64,000 nucleotides of DNA. Origin: an uncultured delta proteobacterium. Lineage in GTDB: Bacteria; Desulfobacterota; Binatia; Binatales; Binataceae. Numbering within the stretch: position 1 is the stretch's first letter; each line of letters starts with the position of its first letter. Under the pieces are notes generated by a model. That model made no database searches and was not told the DNA's origin. It saw only the letters and a program-made list of their open reading frames with translations. The translations under genes and the position numbers were made by a program. Below are positions 40,320 to 52,100 of the stretch, piece after piece. Location: assembly GCA_963808235.1 (NCBI GenBank), contig CAWEEQ010000002.1, positions 32,001 to 96,000 of the forward strand. Direction: 5' to 3'.

Positions 40320-40501
40320 ATGCCTAACGAACCCAAGACAGTCATCGTGACCGGGGCTTCGCAGGGAATCGGAGCTTGCATCGTCCGGACTTTTCTCGAG
40401 CGCGGCTACTCCGTCGTCGCGAACTCGCGGAACATCGCAAAATCCGGCGCCTTCGTGCCGTCGGAGAAGCTGGCGCTGGTCGACGGAAACATCGCCGAGC
40501 C
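40320..40501 (+). pseudogene. 5' fragment of a classical SDR, cut off at repeat B
   Basis: AAGGAG RBS; VTGASQGIG...VDGNIA, then homology ends. Confidence 0.85.
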
Positions 40502-40593
40502 GGCGAATCTATGGCGATGATCCGTGGACCTGGCAAAATCGCGCCCGGATAGGTTTTGCCAGATTCTGCGGATTCGCGCCGCCAGAAGCGTTC
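40502..40593. repeat. Dispersed repeat B, copy 1
   Basis: ggcgaat...ggcgatgatccg.ggacct.gcaaaatcgcgcc.ggataggttttgcc.gattctg; matches 45762-45853. Confidence 0.9.
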
Positions 40594-40810
40594 CGATCGA
40601 CCATCCATATATTTTTGGCGAAGCGCGTGTCGCTCGTGGGTCACCCGGCCAACGGCGTTCTCGAGCCTCAGAGAATTTCACGGCGCGTGACTATAATCGC
40701 CGACGCTTGCAAATGGATTAAGAAATCTGTTGAGATTCTGTGGAACATCGCAACTCTCTGAGATTAATTCGAAGGGTCAAAGCAGCAAGGTAGATGATGT
40801 GGAGGGTGGA

Positions 40811-41077
40811 GTGGAAAACCTAAATCTCGTCCTGCATGAAGGCGACAAGAAAAGGAATATTCCGGCACTGATTGTTGGTGACTTTGACGCGCTGGTCCGC
40901 CTCCGTGATGCGATAAACGTCTTGATCGAAGAACCGGGGCGTCTGCAGAGCATCGGCCTTCCGACGAGCGATTGTGAAGTGCGCATCGAAATGTGCGAGT
41001 CGGATGACGAAGCAGCCTCGCCCGTTGCGGAAATTCTAGCGACCAGGCGCGCCCGAACAAATAATGGAGACGATTGA
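40811..41077 (+). CDS. Hypothetical protein
   Basis: GGAGG RBS and GTG start; 88 aa. Confidence 0.4.
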   Translation: MENLNLVLHEGDKKRNIPALIVGDFDALVRLRDAINVLIEEPGRLQSIGLPTSDCEVRIEMCESDDEAASPVAEILATRRARTNNGDD

Positions 41078-41151
41078 TCGCTGAACATCCCAAATTGCGC
41101 TAGACAGCGGTGTCTCAAGTTGGGTTGGACGAAAACGCCTGCTGGATTACG

Positions 41152-41196
41152 TTCGTAATCAGCAGGTCGCCGGTTCGAATCCGGCGGGTGGCTCCA
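41152..41196 (+). mobile_element. 3' half of tRNA-Thr(CGT); probable att-site remnant
   Basis: TTCGTAA anticodon loop, GCCGG-TTCGAAT-CCGGC T-arm, GGTGGC-T-CCA; no 5' half upstream. Confidence 0.8.
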
Positions 41197-41475
41197 ATAT
41201 CAAAAATCATCGGCGGCATAAGTCGGCGAGCGACTCGCGAAGAGGTACTTCGCCATGATTCAAACATCAATGTTCCCGCTTTTGACATCGACGAGGCTCC
41301 CGTTGCTCCCTGCGTGAATCCGGCATCTTGTCGCCCTCCGGCATACACTCCGCGATCTTTGCGTCTTCGCCGGAAACCTATGTAAGCTCGAATCTCTTTG
41401 GAAGATCAGGGCGGGTAACGTTCGCCTGGCGCGGCTGCGATCGAGGCGCCGCGGAAAGGAGTCGATACAGCTCAG

Positions 41476-41940
41476 ATGAGATTTCACCAAGCTCTTACGC
41501 TTGTGCTGACTGCGACTTGCCTGAGCTCGTGCCTGCCCTTGCCACTGCACTATCACACGCGGCCGGATATCTACGGAACAGTTACTCGCAACGGCGTTCC
41601 AGTTGAGGGTGCTAAGATCGGATACTCAGATGATCTCGGCGATAGTCACTGCGATTCCTACGGCGATTCGCACCCGGCAAACGCAGTGTCGGCTAGCAAC
41701 GGTGCGTTTCATATAGAAGGAACCTACTCGTTTTTCCATATCATTTACTTCGAGCCTCACGCCGCTGAATCTGTAAGCGGGCGAATTTGCGTTGAAAGTT
41801 CGGACGGCCAGCACCTCAGCGAAGACTTAATCATGAATGGCGGAACTGGCGTCGGCTCAATCCCGGACAATGCGTCGAGCGACCAATTAATAGTAGACTG
41901 CGATCTCGCAAAAGATAAATGTACAGGCAAGGCGTGGTGA
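41476..41940 (+). CDS. Hypothetical lipoprotein
   Basis: LSSC lipobox; GTVTRNGVPVEGAKI (carboxypeptidase-regulatory-like beta sandwich). Confidence 0.65.
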   Translation: MRFHQALTLVLTATCLSSCLPLPLHYHTRPDIYGTVTRNGVPVEGAKIGYSDDLGDSHCDSYGDSHPANAVSASNGAFHIEGTYSFFHIIYFEPHAAESVSGRICVESSDGQHLSEDLIMNGGTGVGSIPDNASSDQLIVDCDLAKDKCTGKAW

Positions 41941-42037
41941 AGTACGCCCCCACAGGTTCATGAATTCGTTCGAACCATCCAGTCTGGACGTTGGCCGCCT
42001 TCGATAGTGATGATGCGACCCCCCAGAGCTAATCCAA

Positions 42038-42119
42038 GGCGATGCTCCGCGGACCTGGGTAAATCGCGCCGAGAGAGGAATCGATCGATTCGTTGACATC
42101 TCCAAAAATCTGGAGACTG
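42038..42119. repeat. Dispersed repeat B, degenerate internally deleted copy
   Basis: ggcgatgctccgcggacctgggtaaatcgcgcc...tcgatcgattc...gagactg matches both ends of 45773-45938. Confidence 0.65.
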
Positions 42120-42156
42120 AAATGTGGATGACGCAGTCCGATTCGAACTGCTCTCC

Positions 42157-42226
42157 GTCAACCTGTCAACCGGTTGACACCTGAGCGGCGGTTGACAAGC
42201 GGCGGTTGACGCCCTTGGTGGTTGAC
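42157..42226. repeat. Cluster of six GTTGAC/GTCAAC boxes
   Basis: Two GTCAAC then four GGTTGAC within 70 bp. Confidence 0.8.
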
Positions 42227-42463
42227 AATCAAATCATCGATTCAAACTACGTTCTAGGAGACTCATCGCCACCACTCGGATTTGAATGCCGACGATCGCC
42301 GTTGTAGAGATGCCAACCCGCCCGGCGCGATCTCGGACACGTAAATCCATAGACTGGACACCGGCGTGGCGAACGATCGGTTCATATAGCTGGTCAAGGT
42401 TGCTGGCGCCGCCGTCGCGAGTCATCTCCTCGGCGCACGCTTTCGACGCGATGATCTCGGCGT

Positions 42464-42943
42464 CTAACGGCCGCATTTCGGGCAGCGAACATCTAGCAAG
42501 ACCTGCGGTGGAATACGCAGAATTTCCGCGAGCTCTAGGATCATGCCGAGTCTCCAATTCTCGAGCTGATCTGGGTTCGTCTCTAACTCTTCCTCCACTC
42601 TCGCCCATCGCATACGTTTGAATCTCCCGAACAGTTCTTCGACTGACCAACCTTCGCGAGCCCGGTATTGCCGTATCAACTCGCTCCGCGATGACTGATA
42701 GTCCTCGAAGCACTCGGACCGATTGCAAAAGGCACAAGGCATGCCCAGGAGGTCGAGAAGGTTGATACCTAAGGCGCTGCAGAGCATCTTGACGTTACGC
42801 AAGGCGACAAGCGTGAGAAGCTCATCTGGATAAGATTCGATGTCACAATAAGAATCAATTGTGAGCCCAGAGGCACGGGCCACTTCGATTTCGGATAACC
42901 CGAGCTCTCCTCGGCGCGATTTTATCTGTTCGTTTATCTGCAT
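42464..42943 (-). CDS. Tandem HTH-XRE protein with two CxxC motifs, directly downstream of Rhs toxin
   Basis: IKSRRGELGLSEIEVA...CAFC...IRQYRAREGWSVEEL...CPKC. Confidence 0.7.
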   Translation of the reverse strand: MQINEQIKSRRGELGLSEIEVARASGLTIDSYCDIESYPDELLTLVALRNVKMLCSALGINLLDLLGMPCAFCNRSECFEDYQSSRSELIRQYRAREGWSVEELFGRFKRMRWARVEEELETNPDQLENWRLGMILELAEILRIPPQVLLDVRCPKCGR

Positions 42944-42948
42944 TGACT

Positions 42949-44313
42949 CTAGAACACCGGCACTGGAATGAAAGGAATTTCTGGAATTTCGATGGGTGGC
43001 GGAATCGCTGGGTCCATCGGGACAACTGGCACGGTCATGTTGTCGTTCGGTTCCGATACCGGCGGCTTCCACTCCGGCGCATCCCCATTTGGGTCTGTTG
43101 GAGATTGGCCCGGTCCGCAACTGTTCTGATAGGGCTTGCCTGAATTAGGGGGCGACGGCTTGTTTTTGCCCCCGCCGGGGGGTTGTTGATCCCAGTGACG
43201 CCAATGATCGTCGTCCTCCGGGTGCGCGATCCATTTCGTCCCGCCCGGATCGGTCAAATACCACCGGCCGTTAGGAAATTGCTCGGTTGGCCCCCAAGTA
43301 TTAGGATCATATCCGGGTGGTGGCGGAGGATACTGACCGATCCACCAGCCGATTGGATCGTTCCATACCGTCGGTGCATTTCGCGCGTACGCGTATACGT
43401 TGGCATCGCCGCCACGGAACCCAATAGGATCCTGAGATACGAATCGCTGGAAGGTCGGGCTGTAGTAGCGTGCACGGTAGAAGTACAGCCCCGTCCCGTC
43501 ATTCTCGCGGCCAGTAAACTCATAGCTGCTGCCATTGGCCGCGCCACCGACGGTCGTCGCCCCGAATGGCTGATACGTATAACTCGTCGCGACGGTCTGC
43601 GCCGATCCCACCAGTCCGATCGTCGAGCCGAGCGCGTCGGTAAGCAGCGTCGACACGTTGTTGCTGGAGTCACTACGTACGAAATACTCGTCGGTTCTGA
43701 GGCCGGTCAAAAGATTGGCGGTCGGTGTCCCTCCTTGGAGTTCTTGTACAGGATTGAGGCCGTCGTAGAGAAACTGCATGTCCGTCCCTGCGATCGTTTT
43801 ACTCGCGCGTCGGCCGAATGCGTCATATGTAAAGCTGGCGGTCGCCGCACCGCTGATCGCCGTCAGATGGTTGCGTGCGTCCCAAGTATAGGTATTGATG
43901 CCATCCGAAGCGAGATTCCCGTTAGCGTCGTAGCTTAGTGTCGCGCCATTGAACGAGATCATCGCATTGTCCGCGTTGAAAGTGTTGCCGCTGACGGCGG
44001 AGGGCATACCTGTTGACGCCAAGCTCCCGGTCTTTGCCGTCATTCGGCCGTCAGTATCGTACGAGTAGCTCAGGTTGCCCAGGTTCGAGGGCGGGCTCGA
44101 ACAGCTCCCGCCCGTACCGTATGTGAGCGAAGTTACGCGCGAGTCACTGTCGTAGCCGTAGCTTGCGATCACGCCGTTAGGCAGCGTCAGACAGGTGCGT
44201 CGGTTGGCATTGTCGTAGTTCATTCCCACGCTTTGACTGCCCTGGCTGATGCCTGTCAGCCGGTTGCCGTTGTCAAAGGTATACGCTGCTTGGCTCTGCC
44301 CGACCACCTGCAT
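42949..44313 (-). CDS. Rhs core with C-terminal toxin (H-x-x-D...H...HWD, Ntox37-like); 3' part of a broken Rhs gene
   Basis: YD repeats; FTGRENDGTGLYFYRARYYSP...DPIG...NDPIGW; tip AHPEDDDHWRHWD. Confidence 0.88.
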   Translation of the reverse strand: MQVVGQSQAAYTFDNGNRLTGISQGSQSVGMNYDNANRRTCLTLPNGVIASYGYDSDSRVTSLTYGTGGSCSSPPSNLGNLSYSYDTDGRMTAKTGSLASTGMPSAVSGNTFNADNAMISFNGATLSYDANGNLASDGINTYTWDARNHLTAISGAATASFTYDAFGRRASKTIAGTDMQFLYDGLNPVQELQGGTPTANLLTGLRTDEYFVRSDSSNNVSTLLTDALGSTIGLVGSAQTVATSYTYQPFGATTVGGAANGSSYEFTGRENDGTGLYFYRARYYSPTFQRFVSQDPIGFRGGDANVYAYARNAPTVWNDPIGWWIGQYPPPPPGYDPNTWGPTEQFPNGRWYLTDPGGTKWIAHPEDDDHWRHWDQQPPGGGKNKPSPPNSGKPYQNSCGPGQSPTDPNGDAPEWKPPVSEPNDNMTVPVVPMDPAIPPPIEIPEIPFIPVPVF

Positions 44314-45761
44314 CGTCTCGCGCCGGCTCCGTCGCCGGGATCAATAAAGACCTGAAAGTTCTTCTGTTCGATGTTGCCGAGCGGATCGGTGATGGTGGTT
44401 TGAGTGACATTGCCGTTGCCGTCAGTGACGTAAGAGAACTGTAAAGTGCTGGTGCCGTCAGCGAGTGTCTGTTGCTTTACGCGTCCGGCGGTATCGTACT
44501 GGTTGGTGAAGACGGTGTTCCCGTTCGGGTCCGTCATTGTGAGCACTCGATTCGATGAGTCGTAGGTGTAGCTACTGACGGCGCCCTTGGCGTCAGTCAC
44601 GGTCGCCAAGCGTCCCGAAGAATCATAAGTATAGGAGACGGTGCGGCCAATATTATCTTGGAGCTGGGTAATCCGATTGCTCGAGTCATGCTGGACTGTG
44701 ATCCAGCGACCGTTTGGCGACTGTATTTGGCTGACGTTGCCGTTAGAATCGCGGCTGATCGTTGCCGTGTTGTTGTTGCGGTCAGTGATGCTCACCAGTG
44801 CAGCCTTGGCGGGATTCGTCGTGCCGGTGGAGTTGGGGAAGAGATACTGCGTCTTGTCTCTGAGGGTCAGGGTCCAGCTACTACCGTTCCAGGCGAGCGT
44901 CGATCCGAAGAAGCGTCCCGGCGCCGTGGTATTCTCATACGCGGCGTTCGAATAACCGGTGCCTGACGATGTGCGCTGGTAATAAACGCGTCCTCCGTCG
45001 GGCAGTATCAGATATTGATAAGAGTACGTGCTGGTGTTTCCGACGAGGAACATCTCGTAGCTGTCAGTGCCCCCGATACCAAACGGCCGCGACATATGAT
45101 CTGAAGTCCGGTACGTTCGCGCGAACTGTATCGGGATCACATCCGATAGCATGAGATCAGTGTGGCTCTCGATAAAGAGCCCCGTGCTGCAGTCCACCGG
45201 ATCGCCTGCGTCGCTGCAGCCCGGCGCGCCAGGCGGCGGAGGATTCGGGCTCGGCGCGATGGAGGGGCTCCCCACCATCGCACCCGTAAATCCATAGATC
45301 TGGACACCGGCGTCGGGAACGACCTGGCTGCCGTCCGAAGTGACCTCGCCCTGGCCGTAGATGTACCAACCCGAGGCGCTTGGGGCTGCGTTATAGTTCC
45401 AGAAATCAAAGGAGGTCCCCGCCGGCGCATGGTAGGTATTCGGGTAGTAAAGCTGCGCGCCTATCCATTGACCGTTCGCATTCTCGAAGTAAGAACCACC
45501 GGGCTGAATCGTGAAATAGATCGGTACCTGCACGCCAATTGGCAGAGGAAACGGCGGCTGGTCGATCGGAATCGGCGTGATCGTGACGGTATGAACCACG
45601 TGGCCATACCAGTCTTTGACAATGGTGCCCGGCTGGAGATGCAGTTCCAGACCTGGTAGCAGCGGGTTGCTGACAACTACTTCGGAACTGGTCGGTGAGG
45701 GGATATTCACGGCGTGCGCGGCGGCGGCACGCGTTCGATGGATTCCGGGTACAATCAGCAG
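44314..45761 (-). pseudogene. Rhs N-terminal fragment (DUF6531-like plus YD repeats), 5'-truncated by repeat B and out of frame with the core
   Basis: GDPVDCSTG, FARTY, YTYDSSGRL, YDTAGRV. Confidence 0.85.
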
Positions 45762-45939
45762 GGCGAATTTACGGCGATGATCCGCGGACCTAGCAAAATC
45801 GCGCCTGGATAGGTTTTGCCCGATTCTGGCGATTTGCTCTGCTGAGGGCGTTCTCCGGGTCCGCGCGTAATCGTAAATCGCGCGCACACGCGCCTATTTC
45901 GATCAATTCTCCGAGATGTCCGAGAATCGAGAGACTGGA
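45762..45939. repeat. Dispersed repeat B, longest copy, abutting the tRNA-Ala 3' end
   Basis: Matches 40502-40593 and 42038-42119. Confidence 0.9.
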
Positions 45940-46015
45940 TGGTGGAGCAGAACGGATTTGAACCCTCGACCCCTACGTTGCGAACGTAGTGCTCTCCCAG
46001 CGGAGCTACTGCCGC
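45940..46015 (-). tRNA. tRNA-Ala(CGC), degenerate (probable pseudo-tRNA)
   Basis: 76-nt cloverleaf, CTACG-TTCGCAA-CGTAG, G3:U70, 3' ACCA; C2:C71 mismatch, A14 to C, G:G in T-stem. Confidence 0.8.
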
Positions 46016-46052
46016 AATCTTAGACACCGCGACGCAATTACTATTCTCGCCA

Positions 46053-46133
46053 GACCGAGAGCAAAATACCGTCGGCGGGATTTTGCGATTGAATGAAATG
46101 GAAGGACACTGGGTGCAGGGGTCACCCCTGCCG
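46053..46133 (+). repeat. Dispersed repeat A, copy 2
   Basis: Matches 39129-39224. Confidence 0.92.
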
Positions 46134-46633
46134 CCCCGCGCGTAGCGGTCTGAATCCGAATCCCAGTAGCCAGCCTACTTCTCCGGATCGCCACGAGACT
46201 TCAGGGCTGAACTGTTCAGCCTTACCCAAATCAAACCCCGATGGCATCATTCCCACGATGGATTGATCCGATGAATCGACATTGTCAGAACCAGATGCGG
46301 ACCTCAGAGGAACCCGGGGAAGTCATGCTCTCGCACGCGCGAGAGTCGCGTCCCGGCAACATTTGTCGCGTCGACGCTCCCCCGCCCTTCCGCAAGGAAC
46401 ACGCTGGCGCAGAATGGTTTGCGACTCCACCAACCGCCGGCGGCGCAAAGATGGCAACCAACGGCAAGGTCGCGAAATCCGCCCCAACACCACTTTTGGC
46501 CGCTTCGGAACAGCTGAGTCCTTGTTATTCGGAGAACAATCCGGGGACCCGCGCTTGTTCACATATACTCGCGAATCTGGGCATTATCAGTCTGCGTCTT
46601 GCGATCGGGGGATTGCCGGCGTCTGGAGACACG

Positions 46634-47749
46634 ATGACCCGAGCTACGACTCGCAAATATCTCATAGCGCTCGCGCGATGGTTCGACACTTCGGCCGGCG
46701 GAACTGGCGCCGCCGACGGTCCACAAAAGACCGATTGGTTCCGATGCATCCCGTTCGTCGCGGTCCATCTGATGTGCCTCGGAATAATCTGGGTCGGATG
46801 GAGTCCGATCGCAGTGGGGATCGCGATTGCGCTTTATTTCGTCCGCATGTTCGCGATCACCGGATTTTACCACCGTTACTTTTCTCATCGCTCGTTCAAG
46901 ACCACGCGCGTCGCGCAATTCGCTTTTGCCGTGATGGGCGCGACCTGCGTGCAGCGCGGAGCGCTCTGGTGGGCGTCGCATCATCGCCTGCATCATCAGC
47001 GCTCCGATGAGCCCGCAGACGTCCATTCGCCGCGCCAGCACGGTTTCATCTGGAGCCACATCGGCTGGATCACTTCGGAGTCGAATTTCCGATCCGAACT
47101 TCGCGTGGTGCGCGACCTGGTGAAATTTCCCGAACTGATGTTCCTCGATCGATTCGACATACTGGTGCCAACGGTGCTCGGCTTCGCACTGTTCGGACTC
47201 GGCGCGTTCTTTGAGCGCGAGGCGCCGGGCCTGCACACCACCGGCGCCCAGATGCTCATCTGGGGATTCTTTGTCTCAACCGTGGTGCTCGCGCACGGCA
47301 CCTTTACGATCAACTCGCTCGCGCACGTCATCGGGCGGCGCCGCTATGAGACCGGCGACGACAGCCGCAACAGCTTCACGCTCGCGATGGTCACGCTCGG
47401 CGAAGGATGGCACAACAATCACCACCATTATCCAGCCAGCGCGCGCAACGGATTTTTCTGGTGGGAGATCGACATCACCTACTACGGTCTCAAGATGCTC
47501 GAAGCGGTCGGAATCATCTGGGATCTCCGTAAGGTCCCGGAGCAGTTGCTCGACGAAAACCTTGTAGACGCGCAGCCTCGCGTGATTCGAGCCGAGATGC
47601 CGGCGGGAATCGAATTGATCGCAAACGTGCGTCGCAGCGCCGACGACGATCGGCAAATCTTTCCAGCGCTACAAGACGCCGCGCTCAAGGCGGCGGCACG
47701 CCCAAACCTTACCGCTGCCGAGCCTGCTGATTCCGACCGGGTCGCTTGA
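46634..47749 (+). CDS. Acyl-CoA (delta-9 type) desaturase
   Basis: His boxes YHRYFSH, HHRLHH, GEGWHNNHH; GGAG RBS before ATG 46634. Confidence 0.93.
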   Translation: MTRATTRKYLIALARWFDTSAGGTGAADGPQKTDWFRCIPFVAVHLMCLGIIWVGWSPIAVGIAIALYFVRMFAITGFYHRYFSHRSFKTTRVAQFAFAVMGATCVQRGALWWASHHRLHHQRSDEPADVHSPRQHGFIWSHIGWITSESNFRSELRVVRDLVKFPELMFLDRFDILVPTVLGFALFGLGAFFEREAPGLHTTGAQMLIWGFFVSTVVLAHGTFTINSLAHVIGRRRYETGDDSRNSFTLAMVTLGEGWHNNHHHYPASARNGFFWWEIDITYYGLKMLEAVGIIWDLRKVPEQLLDENLVDAQPRVIRAEMPAGIELIANVRRSADDDRQIFPALQDAALKAAARPNLTAAEPADSDRVA

Positions 47750-49032
47750 TGCGCGAGTCGGGCTCAATCGTCGCGTCGGGCGTCGATGCGGCCCGCGCGC
47801 GCCGTCCTGCAATCATCGAACGGTTTGCGCGCCGCGCAGTGCTCGCGCGCCTTGCGGGCCTCACCCGCGGGCGCATCGCGATCGAAGACGGCGACGATCG
47901 CATCGCGTTCGGCCAGGATATATCCGACGCCGATTTGCGCGCTACGATTCGAGTGCAGGATCAGCGTTTCTATTCGGACCTCGCACTCGGCGGCAGCATG
48001 GGCGCGGGCGAAGCTTTCATGGCCGGCTCATGGACCACCGACGACCTGCCCGCGCTGATCCAAATCATGATCCGCAATCGCGACGTGATGGAAGGCATGG
48101 ACTCGGGCCTCGCGCGGCTCGCCAATCCGGCCCGCCGAATCATTCATTACTTCAATCGCAACACGAAAGAGGGCAGCCAGCGCAATATCGCGGCGCACTA
48201 CGATCTGGGCAACGAATTCTTCGAGCTGATCCTCGACCGCACCTTGATGTACTCGTGCGCGATCTTTCCGCGTCCGGAGGCAACGCTCGAAGAAGCGGCG
48301 GTCGCCAAGGTCGATCGCATCTGCCGCAAGCTTGATCTTCGCGCGCACGATCACCTGCTCGAGATTGGCACCGGATGGGGCGGCTTTGCGATTCACGCGG
48401 CGAAAAACTACGGATGCCGCGTCACCACCACCACCATCTCGCGCGCGCAGCATGACTACGCGCTGAAAAAAATCGCTGAGCAGGGTCTCTCGGATCGCAT
48501 CACGGTGCTGTTCAAGGACTATCGCGATCTCACCGGACAGTTCGATAAAGCGGTGTCGATCGAAATGATCGAAGCAGTCGGCCATCAGTTCCTCAACTCG
48601 TATTTCCGCAAATGCGGCGAGTTGCTGAAACCCGACGGCATGATGCTCTTGCAGGCGATTACGATCTCCGACCAGAACTATGCGGCCGCGGTCCGCCGCG
48701 TCGATTTCATCAAGAAGTACATCTTCCCCGGCAGCTTCCTCCCCTCGGTCACCGCGCTCTGCTGCGCGATCACCTGCTCGAGCGACATGCGCCTGTTCCA
48801 TCTCGAGGACCTCACGCCCAACTACGCCGAGACGCTGAAGAACTGGCGGATGCGGATGTTCAAGAACATCGAGCAGGTGCGCGCGCTCGGCTATCCCGAA
48901 GAATTTATCCGGATGTGGGAGTTCTACCTCTGCTACTGCGAGGGCGGCTTCCGCGAGCGCTACATCGGCGACGTGCAGATGCTACTGACCAGGCCCGAAT
49001 GCCGCGTTGCGCCGATCCTTCCGCCCCTTTAG
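47749..49032 (+). CDS. cfa: Cyclopropane-fatty-acyl-phospholipid synthase family methyltransferase
   Basis: NIAAHYDLGN, LEIGTGWG, YIFPG, YLCYCEGGF. Confidence 0.9.
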   Translation: MRESGSIVASGVDAARARRPAIIERFARRAVLARLAGLTRGRIAIEDGDDRIAFGQDISDADLRATIRVQDQRFYSDLALGGSMGAGEAFMAGSWTTDDLPALIQIMIRNRDVMEGMDSGLARLANPARRIIHYFNRNTKEGSQRNIAAHYDLGNEFFELILDRTLMYSCAIFPRPEATLEEAAVAKVDRICRKLDLRAHDHLLEIGTGWGGFAIHAAKNYGCRVTTTTISRAQHDYALKKIAEQGLSDRITVLFKDYRDLTGQFDKAVSIEMIEAVGHQFLNSYFRKCGELLKPDGMMLLQAITISDQNYAAAVRRVDFIKKYIFPGSFLPSVTALCCAITCSSDMRLFHLEDLTPNYAETLKNWRMRMFKNIEQVRALGYPEEFIRMWEFYLCYCEGGFRERYIGDVQMLLTRPECRVAPILPPL

Positions 49033-49064
49033 CCGCAAATATTTCGCCTTCGCCGTTGCGTGGG

Positions 49065-49100
49065 TTGACAGCAGCGATAATCAGATGATAATTGCTATCA
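49065..49100 (+). promoter_or_regulatory. sigma70 promoter overlapped by Fur/PerR-type box
   Basis: TTGACA at 49065, GATAAT twice, palindrome TGATA-ATTGC-TATCA at 49086-49100. Confidence 0.7.
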
Positions 49101-49105
49101 CCTAG

Positions 49106-51795
<2,690 letters not shown>

Positions 51796-51872
51796 GCTCG
51801 GCGGAAGGCCGTGCACGCTGTAGGCATTCGTGCACGGCCTCGCCCCGAAGGGAGGCAGCCAACTTTATTGAA

Positions 51873-51897
51873 TGTGAAACCCGCGGTGGGTTTCACA
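51873..51897 (+). terminator. Hairpin after katG
   Basis: TGTGAAACCC-GCGGT-GGGTTTCACA. Confidence 0.55.
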
Positions 51898-51904
51898 CTT
51901 CCTT

Positions 51905-51970
51905 CGGCAGGGGTGACCCCTGCACCCACCGTTCATTCAATCGCAAAATCCCGCGGACGGTATTTTGCTC
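51905..51970 (-). repeat. Dispersed repeat A, copy 3 (inverted)
   Basis: Reverse complement reads gagcaaaataccgtccgcgggattttgcgattgaatgaac...gggtgcaggggtcacccctgccg. Confidence 0.92.
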
Positions 51971-52052
51971 CAGGTGATGTCGGTGACGCCGAAAATAGAA
52001 CTGACGACGGCCTATGTGGTATTGAGCTGGATGCTTGCGCTCTCACCCGCAG

Positions 52053-52100
52053 GCTAGCGAACCGAAAAATATAGAGAGCAGAAAAAGCGAACGCCGAATC
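52053..52100. repeat. Imperfect ~48-bp direct repeat, copy 1 (copy 2 at 57416-57461)
   Basis: gctagcga...aaaa...gagagcagaaaa(a)gcgaacgccgaatc. Confidence 0.85.

Noticed and set aside
45762-45887. N-terminus of the 543-aa Rhs ORF (MRAIYDY...)
   Set aside because: Read-through translation of repeat B; similar peptide appears at the 40.5-kb copy
46241-46633. Long N-terminal extension of the desaturase
   Set aside because: No desaturase features; RBS supports ATG 46634
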